Source: Eledone cirrhosa | Taxonomy: Eukaryota | DNA: 64,000 nucleotides | Assembly: GCA_964016885.1 (NCBI GenBank) | Contig: OZ024743.1 | Span: 137,826,001 to 137,890,000 of the forward strand | Reading direction: 5' to 3' | In this document: one piece after another, positions 31,101 through 46,600 of the stretch | How the letters are laid out: each line of letters starts with the position of its first letter | Position numbering within the stretch: the first letter of the stretch is position 1 | Position numbers and translations under genes: made by a program | Notes under the pieces: generated by a model | Database searches by the model: none | Told to the model about the DNA's origin: nothing | The model's input: only the letters and a program-made list of their open reading frames with translations

Positions 31101-32990
31101 AACACCAAACACCAAGCACCAAGCACCAATCACCAAACACCAAGCACCAAGCACCAAGCACCAAGCACCAAACACCATACACCAAGCACCAAGCACCAAA
31201 CACCAAAAACCAATCACCAAGCACCAAAGAGCAAACAGCAAGCCCCAAGCACCAAACACCAAACAGCAAACACTAAACACCAAACACCAAACAGCAAACA
31301 CGAAACACCAAATAGCAAACACCAAACACCAACCAGGAAACACCAAACAGCAAACACCAAACAGCAAACGCCAAACAGCAAACATAAACACCAAACACCA
31401 AACACCAAGCACCAAGCACCAAGCACAAAACACCAAGCAACAAGCGCCAAGCACCAAACGCCAAACACCAAACACCAAACAGCAAACACCAATCACCAAA
31501 CACCAGACTCCAAACACCAAACAGCAAACACCAAACACCAAACAGCAAACACCAAACACCAAACACCAAACAGCAAACACGAAACAGCAAACACCAAACA
31601 GTAAACACCAAACAGCAAACACCAAACAGCAAACACCAAACACCAAACACCAAACACCAAGCACCAAGCACCAAACACCAAGCACCAAGCAACAAGCACC
31701 AATCACCAAGCACCAAGCACTAAACACCAAACACCTAGCACCAAGCACCAAGCACCAAACACCAAGCACCAAGCACCAAGCACCAAGCACCAAACACCAA
31801 GCACCAAAGACCAAGCCCCAAATACCAAGCACCAAGCACCAAACACAAGTCACCAGGCACCAAGCACCAAACACCAACAACCAAGCACCAAGCACTAAAC
31901 ACCAAACACCAAGCACCAAGCACCAAACACCAAACACCAAGCACCAAGTACCAAACTCCAAACACCAAACACCAAGCACCAAGCACCAAATCCCAAGCAC
32001 CAAACACCAAGCACCAATCACCAAACACCAAACACCAAGCACCAAGCACCAAACACCCAAAACCAAGCACCAAGCACCAAGCACCAAACACCAAACACTG
32101 AACACCAAGTACCAAGCACCAAACACCAAGCACCAAGCGCCAAAGACCAAACACCAAGCACCAAGCACGAAACACCAAGCACCAAGCACCGAGCACCAAA
32201 CACCAAGTACCAGGCACCAATCAACAAACACCAAGCACCAAGCACCAAATACCAGACAGCAAGCACCAAGCACCAAACACCAAACACCAAGCACCAAGCA
32301 CCAAACACCAAGCACCAAGCGCCAAACACCAAACACCAAGCACCAAGCACCAAACACCAAGCACCAACCACCAAGCACCAAACACCAAGCACCAAGCACC
32401 AAACACCAAGCACCAATCACCAAACAGCAAACACCAAGCACCAAACACCAAACACCAAGCACCAAGCACCAAACACCAAGCACCAAGCACCAAACACCAG
32501 GCACCAAGCACCAAACACCAAAAACCAATCACCAAGCACCAAAGAGCAAACACCAAGCCCCAAACACCAAACACAAAACACCAAACACCAAATAGCAAAC
32601 ACTAAACACCAAACACCAAACAGCAAACACAAAACACCAAATAGCAAATACCAAACAGCAAACACCAAACACCAAACAGCAAACACCAAACACCAACCAG
32701 GAAACACCAAACACCAAGCACCAAACACCAAGCACCAAGCCCCAAGCACCAAACACCAAGCACCAAGCACCAAACACCAAGCACCAAGCACCATGCACCA
32801 AACACCAAGCACCAAGCACCAAACAGCAAACACCAAACAGCAAACACCAAACACCAAACACCAACCAGCAAACACCAAGCACCAAACACCAAACACCAAG
32901 CACCAAGCACCAAACACCAAACACCAAGCACCAAGCACCACACACCAAATACCAAGCACCAAGCACTAAACACCAAACACCAAGCAACAA
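25200..32990. repeat. ~2-kb block duplicated at ~5.72-kb offset (~25.2-27.26 kb matches ~30.9-32.99 kb)
   Basis: ORF pairs 25355/31072, 25556/31273 and 25776/31493 are offset 5717. Pairs 26294/32018, 26497/32221, 26693/32417 and 26878/32602 are offset 5724. Confidence 0.8.
27250..30330. repeat. ~1.53-1.60-kb tandem duplication
   Basis: ORF pairs 27267/28799 (1532), 27725/29313 (1588), and 28142/29737 and 28203/29798 (1595). Confidence 0.8.
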
Positions 32991-33849
32991 GCACCAAGCA
33001 TCAAGCACCAAGCACCAAACACCAAACAACAAGTACCAAGCACCAAACACCAAACACCAAACACCAAACACCAAGCACCAAGCACCAGACACCAAGCACC
33101 AAGCACCAAGCACCAAGCACCAAAAACCAAGCACCAAGCTCCAAGCACCAAACACCAAGCACCAACCACCAAGCACCAAACACCAAGCATCAGGCACCAA
33201 GCACCAAGCACCAAGCACCAAACACCAAGCACCAAGCACCAAACAGCAAACACCAAGCACCAAACACCAAACACCAAGCACCAAGCAACAAACACCAAAC
33301 ACCAAGCACCAAACACCAAGCACCAAGCCCCAAGCACCAAACACCAAGCACCAAGCACCAAACACCAAGCACCAAGCACCAAGCACCATGCACCAAACAC
33401 CAAGAACCAAGCACCAAACAGCAAACACCAAACAGCAAGCACCAAACAGCAAACACCAAACATCAAACACCAAACACCAAACACCAAACAGCAAACGCCA
33501 AAAAGCAAACGCCAAGCTCCAAACGCCAAACAGCAAATGCCAAACCCCAAACGCCAAACAGCAAACGCCAAGCACCAAACACCAAACACCAAGCGCCAAG
33601 CACCAAACACCAAACACCAAGCACCAAGCACCAAACACCAAACACCAAGCACCAAGTACCAAACACCAAACACCAAGCACCAAACACCAAAGAGCAAACG
33701 CAAAAAAGCAAACGCCAAACCCCATACGCCAAACAGCAAATGCCAAACCCCAAACGCCAAACAGCAAACACCAAGCACCAAACACCAAACACCAAGCACC
33801 AAGCGCCAAACACCAAGCACCAAGCACCAAGCACCAAACACCAAACACC

Positions 33850-36800
33850 AAGCACCAATCACCAAACACCAAACACCAAGCGCCAAACACCAAACACCAA
33901 ACACCTAGCACCAATCACCAATCACCAAACACCAAGCACCAAACACCAAGCACCAAGCACCAAGCACCAAGCACCAAGCACCAAACACCAATCACCAAGC
34001 CCCAAGCACCAAACACCAAGCACCCAGCACCAAACACCAAACACCAAGCACCAAGCACCCAGAACAAAGCACCAAGCACCAAACACCAAGCACCAAGCAC
34101 CAAGCACCAAGCACCAAGCACCAAATACCAATCACCAAGCCCCAAGCACCAAACACCAAGCACCAAGCACCAAACACCAAACACCAAGCACCAAGCACCC
34201 AGAACCAAGCACCAAGCACCAAACACCAAACACCAAGCACCAAGCACCAAAGACCAAACACCAAGCACCAAGCACCAAGCACCAAGCAAAAAACACCATA
34301 CACCAAGCACCAAGGACCAAACACCAAAAACCAATCACCAAGCACCAAAGAGCAAACACCAAGCCCCAAGCACCAAACACCAAACACCAAACACCAAATA
34401 GCAAACACTAAACACCAAACACCAAACAGCAAACACAAAACACTAAATAGCGAACACCAAACAGCAAACACCAAACACCAAACAGCAAACACCAAACACC
34501 AACCAGGAAACACCAACCAGGAAACACCAAACCCCAAGCACCAAGCCCCAAGCACCAAACACCAAGCACCAAGCACCAAACACCAAGCACCATGCACCAA
34601 GCACCATGCACCAAACACCAAGCACCAAGCACCAAACAGCAAACACCAAACAGCAAACACCAAACACCAAACACCAACCAGCAAACACCAAACACCAAAC
34701 ACCAAACAGCAAACACCAAACACCAAACACCAAGCACCAAGCACCCAGAACCAAGCACCAAGCACCAAACACCAAACACCAACCACCAAGCACCAGGCCC
34801 AAACACCAAGCACCAATCACCAAGCACCAAGCACCAAGCAACAAACACAAAGCACCAATCACCAAGCACCGAGCACCAAGCACCAAGCACCAAGCACCAA
34901 ACACCAAGCACCAAGCACTAAACACCAAGCACCAAGCACCAATCACCAAACACCAAGCACCAAGCACCAAACACCAAACAGCAAGCACCAAGCACCAAAC
35001 ACCAAACACCAAGTACCAAGCCCAAAGCACCAAACACCAAGCACCTAGCAGCAAGCACCAAACACCAAACACCAAGCACCAAGCACCAAGCACCAAGCAC
35101 CAAGCTCCAAGCACCAAGCACCAAGCACCAAACACCAATCACCAAGGCCCAAGCACCAAACACCAAGCACCAAGCACCAAACACCAAACACCAAGCACCA
35201 AGCACCCAGAACCAAGCACCAAGCACCAAACACCAAACACCAACCACCAAGCACCAAACACCAAACACCAAGCACCAAGCACCAAGCACCAAGCACCAAA
35301 CACCAAACACCAAACACCAAACACCAAGGACCAATCACCAAACACCAAGCACCAAGCACCAAACACCAAACACCAAACACCTAGCACCAAGCACCAAGCA
35401 CCAAACACCAAGCACCAAACACCAAGCACCAAGCACCAAGCACCAAGCACCAAGCACCAAACACCAATCACCAAGCCCCAAGCACCAAACACCAAGCACC
35501 CAGCACCATACACCAAACACCAAGCACCAAGCACCCAGAACAAAGCACCAAGCACCAAACACCAAACACCAAACACCAAACACCAAGCACCAAGCACCAG
35601 ACACCAAGCACCAAGCACCAAGCACCAAGCACCAAAGACCAAGCACCAAGCTCCAAGCACCAAACACCAAGCACCAAACACCAAACACCAAGCACCAAGC
35701 ACCAAACACCAAGCACCAAGCGCCAAACACCAAACTCCAAGCACCAAGCACCAAACACCAAGCACCAACCACCAAGCACCAAACACCAAGCACCAGGCAC
35801 CAAGCACCAAGCACCAAGCACCAAACACCAAGCACCAAGCACCAAACAGCAAACACCAAGCACCAAACACCAAACACCAAGCACCAAGCAAGAAACACCA
35901 AACACCAAGCACCAAACACCAATCACCAAACACCAAGCGCCAAGCGCCAAGCACCAATCACCAAACACCAAACACCAAGCGCCAAACACCAAACACCAAA
36001 CACCTAGCACCAATCACCAATCACCAAACAGCAAGCACCAAACGCCAAGCACCAAGCACCAAGCACCAAGCACCAAGCACCAAACACCAATCACCAAGCC
36101 CCAAGCACCAAGCACCAAGCACCCAGAACCAAGCACCAAGCACCAAACACCAAACACCAAGCACCAAGCACCAAACACCAAACACCAAGCACCAAGCACC
36201 AAGCACCAAGCACCAAACACCATACACCAAGCACCAAGGACCAAACACCAAAAACCAATCACCAAGCACCAAAGAGCAAACACCAAGCCCCAAGCACCAA
36301 ACACCAAACACCAAACACCAAATAGCAAAAACTAAACACCAAACACCAAACAGCAAGCACAAAACACCAAACAGCAAACACCAAACACCAAACAGCAAAC
36401 ACCAAACACCAACCAGGAAACACCAACCAGGAAACACCAAACACCAAGCACCAAGCCCCAAGCACCAAACACCAAGCACCAAGCACCAAACACCAAGCAC
36501 CATGCACCAAGCACCATGCACCAAACACCAAGCACCAAGCACCAAACAGCAAACACCAAACAGTAAACACCAAACACCAAACACCAACCAGCAAACACCA
36601 AACACCAAACACCAAACAGCAAACACCAAACAGCAAACACCAAACAGCAAACACCAAACACCAAACACCAAACAGCAAACGCCAAAAAGCAAACGCCAAA
36701 CTCCAAACACCAAACAGCAAACGCCAAGGACCAAACACCAAACACCAAGCGCCAAGCACCAAACACCAAACACCAAGCACCAAGTACCACACATCAAACA

Positions 36801-37590
36801 CCGGGCACCAAACACCAAACACCAGGCCCAAACACCAAGCACCAATCACCAAGCACCAAGCACCAAGCAACAAACATAAAGCACCAATCACCAAGCACCG
36901 AGCACCAAGCACCAAGCACCAAGCACCAAACACCAAGCACCAAACACTAAACACCAAGCACCAAGCACCAATCACCAAACACCAAGCACCAAGCACCAAG
37001 CACCAAACACCAAACAGCAAGCACCAAGCACCAAACACCAAACACCAAGTACCAAGCCCAAAGCACCAAACACCAAGCACCTAGCAGCAAGCCCCAAACA
37101 CCAAACACCAAGCACCAAGCACCAAGCACCAAGCACCAAGCACCAAGCACCAAACACCAATCACCAAGCCCCAAGCACCAAACACCAAGCACCAAGCACC
37201 AAACACCAAACACCAAGCACCAAGCACCCAGAACCAAGCACCAAGCACCAAACACCAAACACCAACCACCAAGCACCAAACACCAAACACCAAGCACCAA
37301 GCACCTAGCACCAAGCACCAAACACCAAACACCAAACACCAAACACCAAGGACCAATCACCAAACACCAAGCACCAAGCACCAAACACCAAACACCAAAC
37401 ACCTAGCACCAAGCACCAAGCACCAAACACCAAGCACCAAACACCAAGCACCAAGCACCAAGCACCAAGCACCAAACACCAATCACCAAGCCCCAAGCAC
37501 CAAACACCAAGCACCCAGCACCATACACCAAACACCAAGCACCAAGCACCCAGAACAAAGCACCAAGCACCAAACACCAAACACCAAGCT
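33850..37590. repeat. ~2.0-kb duplication (~33.85-35.57 kb matches ~35.95-37.59 kb)
   Basis: Shared rare variants: doubled CCAGGAAA (34503/36413), doubled CACCATG, CACCAGGCCCAAA (~34791/~36820), CCCAAAG (~35021/~37057), CACCTAGCAGCAAG (~35042/~37078). Confidence 0.8.
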
Positions 37591-37799
37591 CCAAGCACCA
37601 AACACCAAACACGAAGCACCATGCACCAAGCACCAAGCACCAAACACCAAACACCAAGCACCAAGCACCAAACACCAAACACCAAGCACCAATCACCATA
37701 CACCAAGCACAAAGCACCAAACACCAAACACCAAGCACCAATCACCATACACCTAGCACCAAGCACCAAGCACCAAACACCAAGCACCAAACACCAAGC

Positions 37800-40700
37800 A
37801 CCATGCACCAAGCACCAAGCACCAAGCACCAAACACCAATCACCAAGCCCCAAGCACCAAACACCAAGCACCAAGCACCAAACACCAAACACCAAGCACC
37901 AAGCACCCAGAACCAAGCACCAAGCACCAAACACCAAACACAAAGCACCAAGCACCAAACACCAAACACCAAGCACCAAGCACCAAGCACCAAGTACCAA
38001 ACACCATACACCAAGCACCAAGCACCAAACACCAAAAACCAATCACCAAACACCAAAAAGCAAACACTAAACACAAAACACCAAACAGCAAACACAAAAC
38101 ACCAAATAGCAAACACCAAACACCAACCAGGAAACACCAAACAGCAAACACCAAACAGCAAACGCCAAACAGCAAACACAAACACCAAACACCAAACACC
38201 AAGCACCAAGCACCAAGCACAAAACACCAAGCACCAAGCGCCAAGCACCAAACACCAAACACCAAACACCAAACAGGAAACACCAATCACCAAACACCAG
38301 ACACCAAACACCAAACAGCAAACAACAAACACCAAACAGCAAACACCAAACACCAAACACCAAACAGCAAACACGAAACAGCAAACACCAAACAGCAAAC
38401 ACCAAACAGCAAACACTCAAACAGCAAACAGCAAACACCAAACTCCAAACACCAAGCACCAAGCACCAAACACCAAGCACCAAGCAACAAGCACCAATCA
38501 CCAAGCACCAAGCACTAAACACCAAACACCTAGCACCAAGCACCAAGCACCAAACACCAAGCACCAAGCACCAAGCACAAAACACCAAGCACCAAAGACC
38601 AAGCCCCAAATACCAAGCACCAAGCACCAAACACTAATCACCAGGGACCAAGCACCAAACACCAAGAACCAAGCACCAAGCACTAAACACCAAACACCAA
38701 GCACCAAGCACCAAACACCAAACACCAAGCACCAAGTACCAAACTCCAAACACCAAACACCAAGCACCAAGCACCAAATCCCAAGCACCAAACAACAAGC
38801 ACCAATCACCAAACACCAAACACCAAGCGCCAAGCACCAAACACCAAGCACCAAGCACGAAACACCAAGCACCAAGCACCGAGCACCAAACACCAAGTAC
38901 CAAGCACCAATCACCAAACACCAAGCACCAAGCACCAAACACCAAACAGCAAGCACCAAGCACCAAGCACCAAACATAAAACAACAAGTACCAAGCACCA
39001 AACACCAAACACCAAACACCAAACACCAAGCACAAAGCACCAAACACCAAACACCAAGCACCAAGCACCAGACACCAAGCACCAAGCACCAAGCACCAAG
39101 CACCAAAAACCAAGCACCAAGCTCCAAGGACCAAACACCAAGCACCAAACACCAAACACAAAGCACCAAGCACCAAACACCAAACACCAAGCACCAAGCA
39201 CCAAACACCATACACCAAGCACCAATCACCAAACACCAAGCACCAAGCGCCAAACACCAAACACCAAACACCTAGCACCAAGCACCAAGCACCGAACACC
39301 AAGCACCAAACACCAAGCACCAAGCACCAAGCACCAAGCACCAAACACCAATCACCAAGCCCCAAGCACCAAACACCAAGCACCAAGACCCAAACACCAA
39401 ACACCAAGCACCATGCACCCAGAACCAAGCACCAAGCACCAAACACCAAACACCAAGCACCAAGCACCAAACACCAAACACCAAGCACCAAGCACCAAAC
39501 ACTATACACCAAGCACCAAGCACCAAACACCAAAAACCAATCACCAAGCACCAAAGAGCAAACACCAAGCCCCAAGCACCAAACACCAAACACCAAACAC
39601 CAAAAAGCAAACACTAAACACAAAACACCAAACAGCAAACACCAAACACCAAATAGCAAACACCAAACACCAACCAGGAAACAGCAAACACCAAACAGCA
39701 AACGCCAAACAGCAAACACAAACACCAAACACCAAACACCAAGCACCAAGCACCAAGCACAAAACACCAAGCACCAAGCGCCAAGCACCAAACACCAAAC
39801 ACCAAACACCAAACAGCAAACACCAATCACCAAACACCAGACACCAAACACCAAACAGCAAACACCAAACACCAAACAGCAAACACCAAACACCAAACAC
39901 CAAACAGCAAACACGAAACAGCAAACACCAAACAGCAAACACCAAACAGCAAACACCAAACAGCAAACAGCAAACACCAAACTCCAAACACAAAGCACCA
40001 AGCACCAAACACCAAGCACCAAGCAACAAGCACCAATCACCAAGCACCAAGCACTAAACACCAAACACCTAGCACCAAGCAACAAGCACCAAACACCAAG
40101 CACCAAGCACCAAGCACCAAACACCAAGCACCAAAGACCAAGCCCCAAATACCAAGCACCAAGCACCAAACACTAATCACCAGGGACCAAGCACCAAACA
40201 CCAAGAACTAAGCACCAAGCACTAAACACCAAACACCAAGCACCAAACACCAAACACCAAGCACCAAGTACCAAACTCCAAACACCAAACACCAAGCACC
40301 AAGCACCAAATCCCAAGCACCAAACACCAAGCACCAATCACCAAACACCAAACACCAAGCGCCAAGCACCAAACACCAAGCACCAAGCACGAAACACCAA
40401 GCACCAAGCACCGAGCACCAAACACCAAGTACCAAGCACCAATCACCAAACACCAAGCACCAAGCACCAAACACCAAACAGCAAGCACCAAGCACCAAGC
40501 ACCAAACATAAAACAACAAGTACCAAGCACCAAACACCAAACACCAAACAACAAACACCAAGCACAAAGCACCAAACACCAAACACCAAGCACCAAGCAC
40601 CAGACACCAAGCACCAAGCACCAAGCACCAAGCACCAAAAACCAAGCACCAATCTCCAAGGACCAAACACCAAGCACCAAACACCAAACACAAAGCACCA

Positions 40701-42950
40701 AGCACCAAACACCAAACACCAAGCACCAAGCACCAAACACCAAACACCAAGCACTAATCACCAAACACCAAGCACCAAGCGCCAAACACCAAACACCAAA
40801 CACCTAGCACCAAGCACCAAGCACCGAACACCAAGCACCAAACACCAAGCACCAAGCACCAAACACCAAGCACCAAGCACCAAACACCAAGCACCAAGAC
40901 CCAAACACCAAACACCAAGCACCATGCACCCAGAACCAAGCACCAAGCACCAAACACCAAACACCAAGCACCAAGCACCAAACACCAAACACCAAGCACC
41001 AAGCACCAAGCACCAAGCACCAAATACCATACACCAAGCACCAAGCACCAAACACCAAAAACCAATCACCAAGCACCAAAGAGCAAACACCAAGCCCCAA
41101 GCACCAAACACCAAACACCAAACACCAAAAAGCAAACACTAAACACAAAACACCAAACAGCAAACACCAAACACCAAATAGCAAACACCAAACACCAACC
41201 AGGAAACACCAAACAGCAAACACCAAACAGCAAACGCCAAACAGCAAACACAAACACCAAACAACAAACACCAAGCACCAAGCACCAAGCACAAAACACC
41301 AAGCACCAAGCGCCAAGCACCAAACACCAAACACCAAACACCAAACAGCAAACACCAATCAACAAACACCAGACACCAAACACCAAACAGCAAACACCAA
41401 ACACCAAACAGCAAACACCAAACACCAAACACCAAACAGCAAACACGAAACAGCAAACACCAAACAGCAAACACCAAACAGCAAACAGCAAACAGCAAAC
41501 AGCAAACACCAAACTCCAAACACCAAGCACCAAGCACCAAACACCAAGCACCAAGCAACAAGCACCAATCACCAAGCACCAAGCACTAAACACCAAACAC
41601 CTAGCACCAAGCACCAAGCACCAAACACCAAGCACCAAGCACCAAGCACCAAACACCAAGCACCAAAGACCAAGCCCCAAATACCAAGCACCAAGCACCA
41701 AACACTAATCACCAGGGACCAAGCACCAAACACCAAGAACCAAGCACCAAACACTAAACACCAAACACCAAGCACCAAGCACCAAACACCAAACACCAAG
41801 CACCAAGTACCAAACTCCAAACACCAAACACCAAGCACCAAGCACCTAATCCCAAGCACCAAACACCAAGCACCAATCACCAAACACCAAACACCAAGCG
41901 CCAAGCACCAAACACCAAGCACCAAGCACGAAACACCAAGCACCAAGCACTGAGCACCAAACACCAAGTACCAAGCACCAATCACCAAACACCAAGCACC
42001 AAGCACCAAACACCAAACAGCAAGCACCAAGCACCAAGCACCAAACATAAAACAACAAGTACCAAGCACCAAACACCAAACACCAAACACCAAACACCAA
42101 GCACAAAGCACCAAACACCAAACACCAAGCACCAAGCACCAGACACCAAGCACCAAGCACCAAGCACCAAGCACTAAAAACCAAGCACCAAGCTCCAAGG
42201 ACCAAACCTCAAGCACAAAACACCAAACACAAAGCACCAAGCACCAAACACCAAACACCAAGCACCAAGCACCAAACACCAAACACCAAGCACCAATCAC
42301 CAAACACCAAGCACCAAGCGCCAAACACCAAACACCAAACACCTAGCACCAAGCACCAAGCACCGAACACCAAGCACCAAACACCAAGCACCAAGCACCA
42401 AGCACCAAGCACCAAGCACCAAACACCAATCACCAAGCCCCAAGCACCAAACACCAAGCACCAAGACCCAAACACCAGAAACCAAGCACCATGCACCCAG
42501 AACCAAGCACCAAGCACCAAACACCAAACACCAAGCACCAAGCACCAAACACCAAACACCAAGCACCAAGCACCAAGCACCAAGCACCAAACACCATACA
42601 CCAAGCACCAAGCACCAAACACCAAAAACCAATCACCAAGCACCAAAGAGCAAACACCAAGCCCCAAGCACCAAACACCAAACACCAAACACCAAACAAC
42701 AAACACTAAACAACAAACACCAAACAGCAAACACCAAACACCAAATAGCAAACACCAAACACCAACCAGGAAACACCAAACAGCAAACACCAAACAGCAA
42801 TCGCCAAACAGCATACACAAACACCAAACACCAAACAGCAAGCACCAAGCACCAAGCACAAAACACCAAGCACCAGGCGCCAAGTACCAAACACCAAACA
42901 CCAAACACCAAACAGCAAACACCAATCACCAAACACCAGACACCAAACAC
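37800..42950. repeat. About three tandem copies of a ~1.53-1.57-kb higher-order repeat
   Basis: ORF series 38067/39614/41139/42706, 38287/39827/41359 and 38911/40443/41982. ORF 38498..39271 nearly equals 41569..42342. Confidence 0.85.
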
Positions 42951-43639
42951 CAAACAGCAAACACCAAACACCAAACAGCTAACACCAAACACCAAACACC
43001 AAACAGCAAACACCAAACAGCAAACACCAAACACCAAACACCAAACACCAAGCACCAAGCACCAAACACCAAGCACCAAGCAACAAACACCAATCACCAA
43101 GCACCAAGCACTAAAAACCAAACACCCAGCACCAAGCACCAAGCACCAAAGACCAAGCACCAAGCACCAAGCACCAAACACCAAGCACCAAAGACCAAGC
43201 CCCAAATACCAAGCACCAAGCACCAAACACCAATCACCAGGCACCAAGCACCAAACACCAAGAACCAAGCACCAAGCACTAAACACCAAATACCAAGCAC
43301 CAAGCACCAAACTCCAAACACCAAGCACCAAGTACCAAACTCCAAACACCAAACACCAAGCACCAAGCACCAAATCCCAAGCACCAAACACCAAGCACCA
43401 ATCACCAAACACCAAACACCAAGCACCAAGCACCAAACACCAAAAACCAAGCACCAAGCACCAAGCACCAAACACCAAACGCCAAACACCGAACACCAAG
43501 TACCAAGCGCCAAACACCAAGCACCAAGCGCCAAAGACCAAACACCAGGCACCAAGCACGAAACACCAAGCACCAAGCACCAAACACCAAGAACCAAGCA
43601 CCAAACACCAGACAGCAAGCACCAAGCACCAAACACCAT

Positions 43640-46600
43640 GCACCCAGAAACAAGCACCAAGCACCAAACACCAAACACCAAGCACCAAGCACCAAACACC
43701 AAACACCAAGCACCAAGCACCAAGCACCAAGCACCAAACACCATACACCAAGCACCAAGCACCAAACACCAAAAACCAATCACCAAGCACCAAAGAGCAA
43801 ACACCAAGCCCCAAGCACCAAACACCAAACACCAAACACCAAACAACAAACACTAAACACCAAACAAAAAACAGCAAACACCAAACACCAAATAGCAAAC
43901 ACCAAACACCAACCAGGAAACACCAAACAGCAAACACCAAACAGCAAACGCCAGACAGCAAACACAAACACCAAACACCAAACACCAAGCACCAAGCACC
44001 AAGCACAAAACACCAAGCACCAAGCGCCAAGCACCAAACACCAAACACCAAACACCAAACAGCAAACACCAATCACCAAATACCAGACACCAAACACCAA
44101 ACAGCAAACACCAAACACCAAACAGCAAACACCAAACACCAAACACCAAACAGCAAACACGAAACAGCAAACACCAAACAGCAGACACCAAACAGCAAAC
44201 ACCAAACAGCAAACACCAAACACCAAACACCAAACACCAAGCACCAACCACCAAACACCAAGCACCAAGCAACAAACACCAATCACCAAGCACCAAGCAC
44301 CAAACACCAAGCACCAAGCACCAAGCACCAAACACCAAGCACCAAAGACCAAGCCCCAAATTCCAAGCACCAAGCACCAAACACCAATCACCAGGCACCA
44401 AGCACCAAACACCAAGAACCAAGCACCAAGCACTAAACACCAAATACCAAGCACCAAGCACCAAACACCAAACACCAAGCACCAAGTACCAAACTCCAAA
44501 CACCAAACACCAAGCACCAAGCACCAAATCCCAAGCACCAAACACCAAGCACCAATCACCAAACACCAAACACCAAGCACCAAGCACCAAACACCAAAAA
44601 CCAAGCACCAAGCACCAAGCACCAAACACCTAACGCCAAACACCGAAAACCAAGTACCAAGCACCAAACACCAAGCACCAAGCGTCAAAGACCAAACACC
44701 TAGCACCAAGCACGAAACACCAAGTACCAGGCACCAATCACCAAACACCAAGAACCAAGCACCAAACACCAGACAGCAAGCACCAAGCACCAAACACCAA
44801 ACTCCAAGCACCAAGCACCAAACACCAAGCACCAAGCGCCAAAGACCAAACACCAGGCACCAAGCATGAAACACCAAGCACCAAGCACCAAACACCAAGA
44901 ACCAAGCACCAAACACCAGACAGCAAGCACCAAGCACCAAACACGGAACACCAAGCACCAAGCACCAAACACCAAGCACCAAGCGCCAAACACCAAACAC
45001 CAAGCACCAAGCACCAAACACCAAGCACCAACCACCAAGCACCAAACACCAAGCACCAAGCACCAAACACCAAGCACCAATCACCAAACAGCAAGCACCA
45101 AGCACCAAACACCAAACACCAAGCACCAAGCACCAAACACCAAGCACCAAGCACCAAACACCAAGCACCAAGCACCAAACACCAAAAACCAATCACCAAG
45201 CACCAAAGAGCAAACACCAAGCCCCAAGCACCAAACACCAAACACCAAACACCAAATAGCAAACACTAAACACCAAACACCAAACAGCAAACACAAAACA
45301 CCAAATAGCAAATACCAAACAGCAAACACCAAACACCAAACAGCAAACACCAAACACCAACCAGGAAACACCAAAGACCAAGCACCAAACACCAAGCACC
45401 AAGCCCCAAGCACCAAACACCAAGCACCAAGCACCAAACACCAAGCACCAAGCACCAAGCACCATGCACCAAACACCAAGCACCAAGCACCAAACAGCAA
45501 ACACCAAACAGCAAACACCAAACACCAAACACCAACCAGCAAACACCAAACACCAAACACCAAACAGCAAACACCAAACAGCAAACACCAAACAGCAAAC
45601 ACCAAACATCAAACACGAAACACCAAACGCCAAAAAGCAAACGCCAAACCCCAAACGCCAAACAGCAAATGCCAAACCCCAAACGCCAAACAGCAAACGC
45701 CAAGCGCCAAACACCAAAGACCAAGCGCCAAGCAACAAACACCAAACACCAAGCACCAAGCACCAAGCACCAAACACCAAACACCAAGCACCAAGTACCA
45801 AACACCAAACACCAAGCACCAAACACCAAACAGCAAACGCCAAAAAGCAAACGCCAAACCCCAAACGCCAAACAGCAAACACCATACACCTAGCACCAAG
45901 CACCAAGCACCAAACACCAAGCACCAAGCCCCAAGCACCAAATAGCAAGCACCCAGCACCATACACCAAACACCAAGCACCAAGCACCCAGAACAAAGCA
46001 CCAACCACCAAACACCAAACACCAAGCTTCAAGCACCAAACACCAAACACCAAGCACCAAGCACCAAGCACCAAGCACCAAACACCAAACACCAAGCACC
46101 AAGCACCAAACACCAAGCACCAAGCGCCAAACACCAAACACCAAACACCTAGCACCAAGCACCAAGCACCGAACACCAAGCACCAAACACCTAGCACCAA
46201 GCACCAAACACCAAACACCAAGCACCAAGCACCAAACACCAAACACCAAGCACCAAGCACCAAGCACCAAGCACCAAACACCATACACCAAGCACCAAGC
46301 ACCAAACACCAAAAACCCATCACCAAGCACCAAAGAGCAAACACCAAGCCCCAAGCACCAAACACCAAACACCAAACACCAAACAACAAACACTAAACAC
46401 CAAACACCAAACAGCAAACACCAAACACCAAATAGCAAACACCAAACACCAACCAGGAAACACCAAACAGCAAACACCAAACAGCAAACGCCAAACAGCA
46501 AACACAAACACCAAACACCAAACACCAAGCACCAAGCACCAAGCACAAAACACCAAGCACCAAGCGCCAAGCACCAAACACCAAACACCAAACACCAAAC

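Noticed and set aside
36784-36832. Divergent patch TACCACACATCAAACACCGGG as an insertion or element end
   Set aside because: It consists of in-phase variant monomers, with no target-site duplication or terminal repeat.
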